DNA of 64,000 nt from a candidate division FCPU426 bacterium (GCA_003136635.1 PLFD01000013.1:54196-118195), one strand, 5' to 3'. Counted from the first letter of the stretch, positions 9,375 through 19,275 are shown. A program made the numbers and translations. Notes: generated by a model not told the origin, from the sequence alone.

Positions 9375-12300
9375 GGCAGGTCCTCCAACTGGTAATAGTT
9401 TTTTACTTTTTGATCTTCTTTTTTTCGTTTACCCCGGTCTTCCATGCCGGTGCCGCAAAGTTTGCGGTAATCGCAATGGTCGCAGGCGGTGCCCACCGAA
9501 GGAAAATGCCCCTGGACTACACCCTCCGCCACCGTTGTGAGCACTTGATCCAGAATGGGTTTCACTTCACCGGCGTCAGACGGATCAAAAGCCACTTTTT
9601 TATAGTCGCCCCGGCGGGTCATAAAATCGTACAAGGCCTGCTTGGAGATTTTTTCGGGATAAAGGTGGCGCAAAGCCCAAAGGTAAAAGGGCAATTGCAG
9701 TTTGGTACCGCTCTTCACGCTGTTCTTCTTGGTCCCAGCATCACTGCCGGTCTTATAGTCCACCACCCGAAGGGCTTGTCCATCGAGGGAAAGGTCTACC
9801 CGGTCCATGCGGCCTTGGAGCTTTAATTTTTGGCCATCCGCCAGTTCAAAAACGACTTCCTTTCCCTTTTCACCGAAAGCCACTTCGAAAGCAAAGGGGG
9901 TCCAATCCGGATCGGCCAGCACATCTTTCAGCACTGCCTGCAGATCTGAATCCATTTGTTCTTTTTCCCAATGCCATAACCCCGGCGCGCCGGGTATACC
10001 GGTCTTTTCGAACTGGCGGAAAGCTTTTTGAGTTTCTTCTTCCAGTACTTGAAGGCCTTGGGCAACATCCCGCTCAGCCACCCATTGCTCCTCCACTCCC
10101 CGGCGGAGGGTTTTCTCCAAAATATCGTGTATCAAGTTTCCCCGGTCAGAAGCTTGAATCTGGAGGATTTTCTCGGGATCGGGATAGACCATCAGGTGCA
10201 GAACGTAGCGGTAAAAATACCGAAGGGGGCAGGCCGCGAAAGTTTCCAACCGGGAGGCCGAAATAGAACTACCGGTCAATTCATGGTGCTGGGTCAAGGC
10301 TCTCAGAGCCGAAGCCCCGGTCAGAATGCCGTCATAAGCGGTAAAAAAGGGGCTGGCCTGTCGGTTCTTCAAAAGCTCTTTGCCTTCGAAATAGAAAGGC
10401 ATATCCCGGGTAACTGCGAGGGCGGGCACTGGATTGCCCTGGCGGGCCAAGTTGACGGAGGTGAGCAGGGTTTCCACCGGATTGCCGCAAGAGGCCATGT
10501 CGGGTTTAACCCAGTCGTTAACCGTTACGACCTGCACTAGGTTAACCGCGTCACCCAAACGGCTGACCCGGCGGCCCAAAATGGCTTCAGCGGATTCAAA
10601 CAGATAGATAGACGGTGTGCGAGGTGACCCCGTGGAAGGATTCAGGTGCGGCGCGGTCAGAATGAGAGACTTTTGAGCGCCCCGGACAGCCAGAAGAAAC
10701 AACAACCGCTCCTCCAAAGCACCCGCTTGTTTGGGGGCGATCTCTTCATCACCACGGCCCGTAATCAAGAGGCGTTCTTCGTCGAGTAGAAGCGGGTCTT
10801 GGCGCACCAGGCGCGGCACGAACTTTTCGACCAGGCCCGGCAATACAGCTACCTCGAAAGACACTCCCCGGGCCTGCATCAAATCAACCACCTGCGCCCC
10901 GCCCTTTTCCAGTTGTCGAGAGGGGCTTTGCTTTTGTTCGAGCATTGCCGCTAATAATTCTTTGAGGTCTTCCGAGGCAACGGTCAACTTAAAGGAAGCG
11001 CTCAAAAGTGACAGCGATTCGAGCACCGCGGTTGTTTCCCGCCGGGTATCAGAAATATTAAGAAATTTTTCAAGAAACCCTTTGAGTAAAACCAGCTGTC
11101 CGCCCCAGCTTTTTTCTTTTTGAAACCGGGCCCGGGCATTAAAAAGGGCGCCCAAAGCTTTTTCGAAAAAACGAGAGGCCTGCAGAATCTCTCCCGCGGG
11201 AGAATTTTCATCCTCTTCGGCGTTTTGCCTTTGTTTTTGCTCACGCCAGGCCAAAAGCCTGGAAATCCACTCTTTCTCTCCCTCCACAACCCGGGCTTCG
11301 CGGCTGATCACATCCCAAGACGAGGGATTCCAATTTTCGGGTTGAAGGTCAAACCCTTCTGGATTGAGGCAGGGACAGGAAAGCAGATTGATGGTGGTAT
11401 CCCGGGAAAAATCGCCGGTGAATCCGTCAAGAAGCAAGAGCAGGGTTTTGGCTTCGGTTGATTCGATCAAAGGAGCCGGCAGCGTCTTGGAAAGAGGAAC
11501 ACCCTGGGACCCGAAAGCGTGAGGCATCAGTTTGCGGTAAGAAGCGGTCTCCCGCAGAACCACCGCGCAGTCCGAAAGAAAAACATCTTTTTGGTTTGCC
11601 TCTTGGAGCAGTACCCGGGCAATCTCCTGGGCTTCCCGGGGCTCGCCGGGACAAAGAATGATTTGGCAGTCTGAAGAGACGTCTGCCGGAGGCGAAACCA
11701 AGGGAGCTGCCTCATCTTGAAAAAGACGATCCTGCAGCCTCTCCCGAGGACTTTCACCCCGCGCTTTCCAACGGTCTTGCTTTTTCACTTGCCCGAAACT
11801 TTTTGCCCAATCCACAAAAGGTTTCGCGTATTCAAAAGCCGGACTGTCCTCATAAGGGATAAACCACCCGCTCTCACCCGCGGCGCTCAAGTGGCGCAGG
11901 ACTTTCTTCTGCACGGCCGAGGCATCATAGAATCCATAGACCCAGACGACCCCCTCGCTTCGCGGAGGTTTCGCAAGCACTTTAAAATAGGTATCCTCCC
12001 GGTCAAGCCAGCGGCCTTTCTTTTTCCAGTCTTCATAGGCCTTAAAAAGCCCAGCAAATTCCTTGAGCTTGAGCGCCAACCGCGTTTCTTTTGCTTTCTC
12101 CAGACGGGCAGCGTGGCCGGCCAGACTCTCCGGCGTATAGAGTCCTTCTTTTAATTCGCTCAGCGTAGCCCTGAGAGCGTGATAAAACCCAGGCGTCTGG
12201 CTGACCGGACCAAAGGAACGGCTTTTAGAAAGTAATGATTTAGTCGCTTCTTTAAGTACCAGAGGCACCAGTACATCGGGCAGGTTTTGAAAATCTTCCA

Positions 12301-12538
12301 CGATGAATGTTTCTTCTGCCACGGCTTCCATGTAATGACGAAGTGTGTGAATTTCCAGGTTAAAAAGATTCTGACCCTTTTCGGTTAAAGTTTTTCGCAA
12401 ATGACCGACTAATAGAAAGTTGGGAACGAGAACGGTAACCTTCTCAAAGGGATTTTTCTTACGATAAGCCTGGAAGGCTTTAAGTAGTTCTTCTTCTAAA
12501 AAAGGCTGATAGGGACCCAAATAAAGGGAAATACTCAC
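9371..12538 (-). CDS. addB: AddB/RexB-like helicase-nuclease subunit (degenerate helicase N-terminus, C-terminal PD-(D/E)XK nuclease with Cys cluster)
   Basis: The C-terminus carries ...RVVDYKTG... and GTACDHCDYRKLCG, an Fe-S staple-like Cys pattern. Its start overlaps the stop of the addA-like gene by 4 bp. Confidence 0.75.
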   Translation of the reverse strand: MSISLYLGPYQPFLEEELLKAFQAYRKKNPFEKVTVLVPNFLLVGHLRKTLTEKGQNLFNLEIHTLRHYMEAVAEETFIVEDFQNLPDVLVPLVLKEATKSLLSKSRSFGPVSQTPGFYHALRATLSELKEGLYTPESLAGHAARLEKAKETRLALKLKEFAGLFKAYEDWKKKGRWLDREDTYFKVLAKPPRSEGVVWVYGFYDASAVQKKVLRHLSAAGESGWFIPYEDSPAFEYAKPFVDWAKSFGQVKKQDRWKARGESPRERLQDRLFQDEAAPLVSPPADVSSDCQIILCPGEPREAQEIARVLLQEANQKDVFLSDCAVVLRETASYRKLMPHAFGSQGVPLSKTLPAPLIESTEAKTLLLLLDGFTGDFSRDTTINLLSCPCLNPEGFDLQPENWNPSSWDVISREARVVEGEKEWISRLLAWREQKQRQNAEEDENSPAGEILQASRFFEKALGALFNARARFQKEKSWGGQLVLLKGFLEKFLNISDTRRETTAVLESLSLLSASFKLTVASEDLKELLAAMLEQKQSPSRQLEKGGAQVVDLMQARGVSFEVAVLPGLVEKFVPRLVRQDPLLLDEERLLITGRGDEEIAPKQAGALEERLLFLLAVRGAQKSLILTAPHLNPSTGSPRTPSIYLFESAEAILGRRVSRLGDAVNLVQVVTVNDWVKPDMASCGNPVETLLTSVNLARQGNPVPALAVTRDMPFYFEGKELLKNRQASPFFTAYDGILTGASALRALTQHHELTGSSISASRLETFAACPLRYFYRYVLHLMVYPDPEKILQIQASDRGNLIHDILEKTLRRGVEEQWVAERDVAQGLQVLEEETQKAFRQFEKTGIPGAPGLWHWEKEQMDSDLQAVLKDVLADPDWTPFAFEVAFGEKGKEVVFELADGQKLKLQGRMDRVDLSLDGQALRVVDYKTGSDAGTKKNSVKSGTKLQLPFYLWALRHLYPEKISKQALYDFMTRRGDYKKVAFDPSDAGEVKPILDQVLTTVAEGVVQGHFPSVGTACDHCDYRKLCGTGMEDRGKRKKEDQKVKNYYQLEDLP

Positions 12539-12642
12539 AAATTATTCCTTTTGGAAGAACGGGGGTTTCATTCAGGATTGGCCGTTATTATAATCAGTTT
12601 CCCTGGCGAAAGGTTTTTCGCCCATGATGAAAAGGATTAGAA

Positions 12643-13485
12643 ATGCCCCGTGAAATTCAAATCGCCAATGCCGCCGGTTTTTGCTTCGGCGTGAAAAAAG
12701 CCATTCAAAAAGCCGAAACCATGGAAAAAGCTTTCATCTTCGGCTCCCTGATCCATAACCCCCAGGAAGTGGCTCGGCTTGCCTCTCTCAACAAAAAAAT
12801 TGTCCACAAACTGGAAGACGTCGAAGACAACCGGGTTGTCATTACAGCCCACGGATTGGACATCAATGTTATTGGCCAAATGAAACAAAAGGGTTTGGAG
12901 ATAGTCGATACGACCTGCCCTCTGGTTACCAAAATTTATAACGAGGGCCTCAAATTGGAAGCTCAGGGATTACAAATCGTGATTGTCGGCGATCCCAAAC
13001 ACGTCGAAGTGAAAGGGATTGCCAGCCGTATGAAAAATCCCATTATTATTTACCATGAGGAAGACATCGTTAATGTTCCCGAAGGCGCCAAAATTGGCGT
13101 GGTTTGCCAAAGCACCCTTTTAATGGAAAAATTTGACCACTTCGTCAGCCTGCTCAAAACCCGCTGTTCGGAAGTAATCCCCATCAACACCATCTGCAAA
13201 CCTACTAAAGACCGTCAAACTTCCGCCGCCGCCCTCTCAAAACAAATGGAAATCATGATTGTCATTGGTGGTCGTAATTCCAGCAATACCCACAAATTGG
13301 CCGACACCTGTAAAATGAACCTGCCGAACGATACTTATCACATTGAAACCGCTCAGGAAATGGAACCCCAGTGGTTCGAGGGCAAAAACAAAGTGGGCAT
13401 TACGGCCGGGGCCTCGACTCCCGACTACCTGATTGAGGAAGTCATCGCCAAAATCCGGACTTATGATTCGCTGATTCCCGTTTAA
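12643..13485 (+). CDS. ispH: 4-hydroxy-3-methylbut-2-enyl diphosphate reductase (IspH/LytB)
   Basis: The N-terminus is MPREIQIANAAGFCFGVKKAI and the conserved Cys residues are present (TTCPLVTK, ...ICKPT). The length of about 280 aa is typical. Confidence 0.9.
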   Translation: MPREIQIANAAGFCFGVKKAIQKAETMEKAFIFGSLIHNPQEVARLASLNKKIVHKLEDVEDNRVVITAHGLDINVIGQMKQKGLEIVDTTCPLVTKIYNEGLKLEAQGLQIVIVGDPKHVEVKGIASRMKNPIIIYHEEDIVNVPEGAKIGVVCQSTLLMEKFDHFVSLLKTRCSEVIPINTICKPTKDRQTSAAALSKQMEIMIVIGGRNSSNTHKLADTCKMNLPNDTYHIETAQEMEPQWFEGKNKVGITAGASTPDYLIEEVIAKIRTYDSLIPV

Positions 13486-13504
13486 TTCCCTAATTTTCCC
13501 CAAA

Positions 13505-13545
13505 ATAAAAAAAGCCCGCATCCCTCACGGGAGCGGGCTTTTAAA
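13505..13545. terminator. Bidirectional rho-independent terminator between ispH and the LysM gene
   Basis: A-run, then the hairpin aaagcccgc-atccctcacgggag-cgggcttt, then a T/A run. Confidence 0.6.
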
Positions 13546-13555
13546 CAACTTTCAA

Positions 13556-13957
13556 TCAAAAATAATCCAGCGGCAGTTTTTTAAGAGGCTTTTTATGCTC
13601 TTTATACTTGCCGGTCTGACTGGCAAGTTTTTTAGCGTTTTCCACTTCATCTGTCGGAACAGTCTTATTGACTTCAAAATCCTGCTGAGGATAAATCAAA
13701 TCTGGATCCTGAATTTTGTCGCGGTTCGTCTTAAAAATGAGAGGCCATTGGAAAGAATCCCCGTAAATACTGGATTTTCCAGCGATATCCCAAAGTGTAT
13801 CCTTCGGTTTTACGGTGTAATGCATCATCGTATCCTGCGTTGGTTGTTCGGTCGGCGCGGCTTGCGGAACATCGGTTTCAACGTGCTTGGCTCCACAACT
13901 TACCAACAAAGCTGAACCTAAAAATAAAGTAAAAATGAACAAAAATGCCTTTTTCAT
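13556..13957 (-). CDS. LysM-domain lipoprotein
   Basis: Signal peptide with a lipobox (LLVSC). The C-terminus matches LysM (YTVKPKDTLWDIAG...). Confidence 0.75.
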   Translation of the reverse strand: MKKAFLFIFTLFLGSALLVSCGAKHVETDVPQAAPTEQPTQDTMMHYTVKPKDTLWDIAGKSSIYGDSFQWPLIFKTNRDKIQDPDLIYPQQDFEVNKTVPTDEVENAKKLASQTGKYKEHKKPLKKLPLDYF

Positions 13958-14241
13958 GAATGGCTCCTTAAAAGATACCTTTAGTTTTATCTCGATTGCG
14001 CCTAAAACACAATGGCCTCATAAGCCTTATCTAAATAATAGTACTTTTTGCCAGCGGTTTAAAAGCCCCTAAAACAAGCTTTTTTTGAACCTATTTGAAA
14101 AAGAGCATAATTTCTCTTTTTCAATAAAATTAACTTTGGGAGCAAATCCCACAGTGCTAATCTAGAGAAAGAAAGAAGTAGTAGATACAGTTGACGTTGG
14201 CCCGCTTGAAATACAGTTCAAATCCTTCACGAGGAGACCGT

Positions 14242-15021
14242 ATGAAATCTTTTCAAGCAATACCGTTACCCGAATCCCTTAAACCCCTTATTCCACAACT
14301 GGCGCATGATTTTCGAGCCGCTATCAGCTATGTGTCTTTTTATCCTGTGGATAGTTCTTTTGTCGCCCAATCGGTCCAAAAACTTTATGAGGATTTTCAA
14401 AAAATTCTTCAATGCGGACAGCCTTTAATCTTTCGCGCTGAAAATCAAAAACTTTATATCAACGATCAATTTCTTTCGTCTTTTGACGATATCATTCACT
14501 TATTTCAAACTCAAAATATCCTCGGCGTTGAAATAGAAAAAGATATTTCAGAAGCGGAATTAACCGATTGGCTTCAAATTATCGCTTTTTCGTCAGAGGA
14601 AGATATTAAGAACTATGAAAAAAATCAAACCGCTCACATTCGTCTCATACTCAAATTGAACACCGAACCCATGTCTAAAATTCTGAAAGAGCCGATAGCT
14701 TTCGCGTTAAACGCATTCGAATCTTTCGACGCCTTGACACAGCGTTCTCACTCTAATCGAATCGATGGCTTTCATCAAAATCATCAGGCGCTTTTGGGTT
14801 TCGTGGAAGAATCCTGGCAATTTATCCAAACGCAGCAGAAAAAACTGGGGCGTTCCGCCGAAATGACTTATTGGTCGGAAACTTTCGATCAATTTTTCAA
14901 ACATCTGCTGGACAGAATGGAAAAACCCTCTCCGGACCTTAAAGATTTGAATGTTTGTTTTAAAAATCCGTCAGAGCTGTTTTTAAACGAAATAGAAAAC
15001 CTATTTGGTTTAGAACAGTGA
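14242..15021 (+). CDS. Hypothetical protein (lower-GC insertion)
   Basis: The ATG at 14242 is preceded by a GAGGAG RBS; the ORF track starts 51 nt earlier without one. I recognise no domain. The gene is visibly AT-richer than its neighbours and its 3' end overlaps the convergent nuclease gene. Confidence 0.5.
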   Translation: MKSFQAIPLPESLKPLIPQLAHDFRAAISYVSFYPVDSSFVAQSVQKLYEDFQKILQCGQPLIFRAENQKLYINDQFLSSFDDIIHLFQTQNILGVEIEKDISEAELTDWLQIIAFSSEEDIKNYEKNQTAHIRLILKLNTEPMSKILKEPIAFALNAFESFDALTQRSHSNRIDGFHQNHQALLGFVEESWQFIQTQQKKLGRSAEMTYWSETFDQFFKHLLDRMEKPSPDLKDLNVCFKNPSELFLNEIENLFGLEQ

Positions 15022-16038
15022 CAGTTGGTCCGTTGAAACAGCCTTAATTCTTTTTCTGCCGGAAGGAATCGCCGTGCCAAAAACCGCCGCGGCGGTACCG
15101 GCTACACTGGGAGCTACCGATTCGACAGGATCCGCTAAATTTTCAGCCGCGGTGGTCAAAGACGGCACAGGGGTCGCATCCACAACCGAGGCAGTTTCTT
15201 CTTCCTCGAAATTTTTATCTTTGCTCTTCACCCAGGCTTTGCCGTCAGAACAAATGGTTAAATACTCGCACCATTTGCAAAGAATGCTGGTTTTGGTGGA
15301 ATAGCTTTTCGCTTTTTCAATGGTTTCGATTTTGGCAATGTATTTTTGCTTGAGCCAATCAATTTCTTTAGAGTTTCTCTCGCCCATGACCTGATCTTTT
15401 TCAAAAGCCACAAAATGCCAAAGTAATTTAAACTTTTCTTTAGGTCCAAATCGGGGATTTTGGTAAAGCCCCGCTTGATAAAGAGCCAATTGATCCTCGC
15501 CTCTGGCATCTTCTTCCGACATTTTACGGGCGCTGGTTTTATAGTCATGAATCCACAGAGTGCCGTACTCATCACGGCCAAGACGGTCGATAAAGCCCTG
15601 CATCTTAAACTCACCCTTGGGATCTAAATTAAAAGCGACCTTTAACTCAATGCCTTCGGTCTTATCCTGGTCAAAGGGGTGATATTGGTGAAAGTAATTT
15701 TCTACAAACAATTGGCCTTTATGGAAATAGTCCTCTACTGTCTGCCCCGACTTAGCGATGCGAAGAGTGTTGGTAAAGTTACGCTCTTTTTGTTTTTGAA
15801 GTGATTGCTGCCAATGCTTTTCCCAAAGCTGGTTAAAATAATTAACCAGCTCATTCACCGTGGGAACTTTGTGGTTTATTTGCTCATAAAGATATTCCAT
15901 GGTCTCGTGAAAGCGGGAGCCCAGGAACAATTCAACGCCTTCGGCTACGGGCGAAGGCCTGCGTTCGATATAGCGGAATTGAAATTGAGCGGGACAGGTG
16001 AAGTAAGTGTTAATGCGGGAGTAAGAATAAATCGTCAT
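15010..16038 (-). CDS. Cas4/RecB-like PD-(D/E)XK nuclease with 4-Cys Fe-S staple and a low-complexity A/T/V/S-rich C-terminal tail
   Basis: N-terminus YSYSRINTYFTCPAQFQFRYI (the PDDEXK_1 start, first Cys). Core motif GFIDRL...IHDYKT. C-terminal Cys pattern CKWCEYLTIC (C-X2-C-X5-C). This is followed by an approximately 70-aa low-complexity tail. Confidence 0.75.
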   Translation of the reverse strand: MTIYSYSRINTYFTCPAQFQFRYIERRPSPVAEGVELFLGSRFHETMEYLYEQINHKVPTVNELVNYFNQLWEKHWQQSLQKQKERNFTNTLRIAKSGQTVEDYFHKGQLFVENYFHQYHPFDQDKTEGIELKVAFNLDPKGEFKMQGFIDRLGRDEYGTLWIHDYKTSARKMSEEDARGEDQLALYQAGLYQNPRFGPKEKFKLLWHFVAFEKDQVMGERNSKEIDWLKQKYIAKIETIEKAKSYSTKTSILCKWCEYLTICSDGKAWVKSKDKNFEEEETASVVDATPVPSLTTAAENLADPVESVAPSVAGTAAAVFGTAIPSGRKRIKAVSTDQLSLF

Positions 16039-16148
16039 GGGCCGATTATAACGACGACGCCCTGAGGGACAACCCTTTTTTCCCAGTTATTTAGGTGAAC
16101 CGCGACTAAAATAAACTCCTCTTTTTCAAATCTTCCAGGAGATCTTTC

Positions 16149-17885
16149 ATGACTCTTTTGACCGCCCAATCCGTTCCTCACAATTATCCCAGACACTATC
16201 TTCCAGCCCAAACTAATCTGGGCGATTGGTCGGTCGTCGAACCGTTTTTAAAAGAACTTCAAACCCGCTCGCTTCATTCCCCCATTGATCTGGAAAAATG
16301 GCTAAAAGATCTGAACGAACTGGAACAAGCTTTGGGTGAAGAAGGTTCCATTCGGTATGTGCGAATGACCTGTAAGACAGACGACCCTCAGATTGAAAAA
16401 GATTATGTCAATTTTCTGGAGAAAATTTCCGAACCCAGCAAATCTCTTTTCTTCGGATTACTCAAAAAATATTGGGAATCGCCTTACCGTTCTTTTCTCA
16501 ATGAAAAGGACTACTTTCTTTTTAACCGCTCGGTCGAAAACCAATTGGCTCTTTATCGCGAGGAAAATATTCCGCTGGAGACTGAGATTGAAAAACTGTC
16601 CCAGCAATATCAAAAACTAAGCGGTTCTCTCACTGTGCAATACGAAGGAAAGGAACAGACGCTTCAACAAATGGGCCGTTACCTGGAATCCACTGACCGC
16701 CAAAAGCGGGAAGAAGCCTGGCGTCTGACTTCGGAACGCCGTTTAAAAGAAAAAGATAAATTTGAGGATCTGTTTGACGAAATGTTAAAAATTCGCGTCC
16801 AAATCGCCAAGAACGCCGGCTTTGACAATTACCGTGACTATATTTTCCGCCGCAAAGAACGGTTTGATTACAGCGCCAAGGATTGCGAAGCTTTTCACGA
16901 AAGCGCCGAAAAAACCATTAAACCCCTCGTGGATAATCTCCAAAAAAAACGTGCGGCCCAAATGGGCCTGAGCACCCTGAAACCTTGGGATATGTCCGTA
17001 GACCCGTTGGGTCTGGCTCCACTCAAACCCTTTGAAAACACGGACCAACTTATCGCCGGATGTGAAACCCTTTTGGGACAGGTGGATCCCGAATTCGGCA
17101 AAAACTTCAAATCCATGAAAGAGCTGCGTTTATTGGATCTAGATTCGCGTAAAGGAAAAGCGCCGGGCGGCTACCAGGTAGATTTGGAAGAAGCCCGCAT
17201 CCCTTTTATTTTCGCCAACTCGGTGGGAGTCGATCACGACGTGCGAACCCTTCTGCATGAAGGCGGCCACGCCATGCATAGCTTCGCCTGGAAAAATATC
17301 TCTTTTTACCCTTACCGCCACGCCCCCATGGAATTTTGCGAGGTGGCTTCGATGAGCATGGAACTGATGGCCGATCCTTACCTTTCGGTTTTTTATCCCA
17401 ACCCCAAAGACGCGGCGCGTTCTATCATCCGCCATTTGGAAGATGTCATTGTACTTTTACCCTGGATCGCCACCATTGACGCTTTTCAGCACTGGATTTA
17501 TACCCATTCCAACCACACCCGTCAGGAACGGTCCGACTATTGGGTGAGTTTAAGAAAACGCCTGGGGGGAATTGATGATTGGACCGGGTTTGAGGAAGTC
17601 CGTTCCAGCCTTTGGCACCGCCAGTTGCATATTTTTGAATATCCCTTTTATTACATTGAATACGGTATCGCCCAATTAGGCGCATTACAGATATGGAAAA
17701 ATTTTCGTCAAAACAAAGCGGAAGGAGTTCGTCTTTATAAGCAAGGTCTGGCGGTCGGAGGTAGTCAAACCTTGCCGGAAATTTTTAAATCCGCCGGAAT
17801 CCACTTTGATTTCAGCTTAAAAATGATCGAACCTTTAATGGCCGAAGTGGCTAAAGAATTGGAACAACAGGAAAAAATTGGTTAA
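16149..17885 (+). CDS. pepF: Oligoendopeptidase F (M3B family)
   Basis: Zinc motif LLHEGGHAMHS, a length of about 580 aa, and a PepF-like architecture. Confidence 0.85.
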   Translation: MTLLTAQSVPHNYPRHYLPAQTNLGDWSVVEPFLKELQTRSLHSPIDLEKWLKDLNELEQALGEEGSIRYVRMTCKTDDPQIEKDYVNFLEKISEPSKSLFFGLLKKYWESPYRSFLNEKDYFLFNRSVENQLALYREENIPLETEIEKLSQQYQKLSGSLTVQYEGKEQTLQQMGRYLESTDRQKREEAWRLTSERRLKEKDKFEDLFDEMLKIRVQIAKNAGFDNYRDYIFRRKERFDYSAKDCEAFHESAEKTIKPLVDNLQKKRAAQMGLSTLKPWDMSVDPLGLAPLKPFENTDQLIAGCETLLGQVDPEFGKNFKSMKELRLLDLDSRKGKAPGGYQVDLEEARIPFIFANSVGVDHDVRTLLHEGGHAMHSFAWKNISFYPYRHAPMEFCEVASMSMELMADPYLSVFYPNPKDAARSIIRHLEDVIVLLPWIATIDAFQHWIYTHSNHTRQERSDYWVSLRKRLGGIDDWTGFEEVRSSLWHRQLHIFEYPFYYIEYGIAQLGALQIWKNFRQNKAEGVRLYKQGLAVGGSQTLPEIFKSAGIHFDFSLKMIEPLMAEVAKELEQQEKIG

Positions 17886-18083
17886 AACAGCTTTAATTTA
17901 CTTTCCATTAACCCCTTTTTCCATTTATCACCAGAAACACACTTTAAAAAATTAATTCAATTTTTTTAAACACAAAAACTTTAATTTCCTTTTTTTAAAA
18001 AAATTCAGTTTTTTTATTATTTTTAGTAATTTCCTCTGTTTTTTTCTTACAATAAGTCCGCTTTAAAAAATAAAAGGTTCGGA
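17886..18083. promoter_or_regulatory. Strongly AT-rich A/T-tract region (probable curved-DNA promoter or silencing region) upstream of the hypothetical gene
   Basis: Repeated tttttttaaa / tttaaaaaa tracts with several phased A- and T-runs. This is the most AT-rich intergenic stretch in the window. Confidence 0.3.
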
Positions 18084-18902
18084 ATGACTACAGTAACGCT
18101 CGATGATTCCAAATACGCCAAGGGAACAGGTATTTTTTCGATCTATAAAAATGTCGAATTCCCGACAGACGTTAAAAAACGCTGTATGGCTTTGCTTGAA
18201 TTGGGCACCGAGACCCTTTTAGCGAATAACTTCATCATTTTGGATTTTATTCCCTATCCCGGATTAGGTGAAGTGGGCGAGGATGAGGTTTTAAGATATT
18301 CCTGGATCCTTTCCGAGTCACACCGCATTCTCATTTACAATCCCAAAACCAAAACCCTGATTGACGAACTTTACACCTGCAGTCCCGAAAAAGACGGACG
18401 CATCATGTTTGAAAAAACCAATAAACGTCTGGGCAATCCGTTAAAAAATCACATGCTCAACGAGATCGTCAGCAAAGAAATCGCTTTGGAAGAGGAACCG
18501 GATAAATTGTTCCATTCGGTGCAAACCGCTTCGGATAAATTCAAACTGGCGAACGAAAAGAACTATTGTGTGTCCGCGGTATTCTTTGATATTCCGGACC
18601 GCAAGTTGGATGAAGATAGCCTCGAAGACATGCTCACCATCGCGCTAAATAAAGATGACCAAAAACCGGTTATTGAATCCGCCTGCCGCTATGACCCTCA
18701 GGGTTATACCTATATCCATCAGTCCTCCAAACATTTCGCGGGCCTTCACAGCTATCCGGGCACCTTGAAGTCGGCTCATTTAAGTTTGATCGGATCAGGC
18801 AACGCCATTCTTTCCGTCTTGGAAGATGTGGAAACCGTAGTTTATAAATCGAAGAAAAAAGAACCCACGATCAGCATTAAGATTGTTGCCGAAAATTTTT
18901 AA
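18084..18902 (+). CDS. Hypothetical protein
   Basis: A 272-aa ORF with no motif I recognise. It lies downstream of the AT-rich tract and is co-directional with the zinc-ribbon ORF. Confidence 0.5.
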   Translation: MTTVTLDDSKYAKGTGIFSIYKNVEFPTDVKKRCMALLELGTETLLANNFIILDFIPYPGLGEVGEDEVLRYSWILSESHRILIYNPKTKTLIDELYTCSPEKDGRIMFEKTNKRLGNPLKNHMLNEIVSKEIALEEEPDKLFHSVQTASDKFKLANEKNYCVSAVFFDIPDRKLDEDSLEDMLTIALNKDDQKPVIESACRYDPQGYTYIHQSSKHFAGLHSYPGTLKSAHLSLIGSGNAILSVLEDVETVVYKSKKKEPTISIKIVAENF

Positions 18903-18951
18903 TCCTCAGTTTTTCATCTAATAAAAATAATCTATTCTCAGAAGGATACTT

Positions 18952-19146
18952 ATGGCGTCCTGTTTAGGTTGTGGCAAAGACATGGAAGAAGCTTCTCGAA
19001 AAATAATGAAAGGTGAGGGTTCAAGCGGAAGCCCCAATTACAAAGTGGTTTATCAATGTCAAAACCCTTCTTGCTCAAAAAAAGGATTAAAAATTCCGTT
19101 TCTTGACGACGGAATGATGATGATTCCCCTGCCTGACGGCCAATAA
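18952..19146 (+). CDS. Small zinc-ribbon protein (CxxC...Cx4C)
   Basis: A 64-aa protein with MASCLGCGK...CQNPSC Cys pairs. It starts 49 bp after the upstream ORF. Confidence 0.45.
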   Translation: MASCLGCGKDMEEASRKIMKGEGSSGSPNYKVVYQCQNPSCSKKGLKIPFLDDGMMMIPLPDGQ

Positions 19147-19275
19147 ATTAAAGCTGATTCGCTTTTAACAACCGTTTAGCCTAACGCGGATCGCTATTAT
19201 TAACCCCGACAGGGTTGACGCGGCCTGTCATCTGGTAAAATGTTTAAAATTATTTAAAAACCGAAAGGAGATTTT

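Noticed and set aside
6057-12538. AddAB-type helicase-nuclease as a novel system
   Set aside because: This is the canonical two-gene architecture: a UvrD-like subunit with a C-terminal nuclease plus an AddB-like subunit with an Fe-S nuclease. It is housekeeping recombination-repair machinery.
17886-18083. Possible CRISPR or other repeat array in the A/T-tract region
   Set aside because: The repeats are short homopolymeric A/T tracts without regular repeat-spacer periodicity and there are no cas genes. I interpret it as a curved AT-rich promoter or silencing region.
19147-19275. Candidate tRNA or small RNA in the intergenic gaps (19147-19275, 48063-48258, 63497-63669)
   Set aside because: No cloverleaf-compatible segments or T-loop GTTCGAATC-like motifs; only short hairpins consistent with terminators or attenuators. 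The 48100-48160 hairpins (ccctttgtttttcaaaggg; gaatccccgaccaggggattc) lack a clear T-run.
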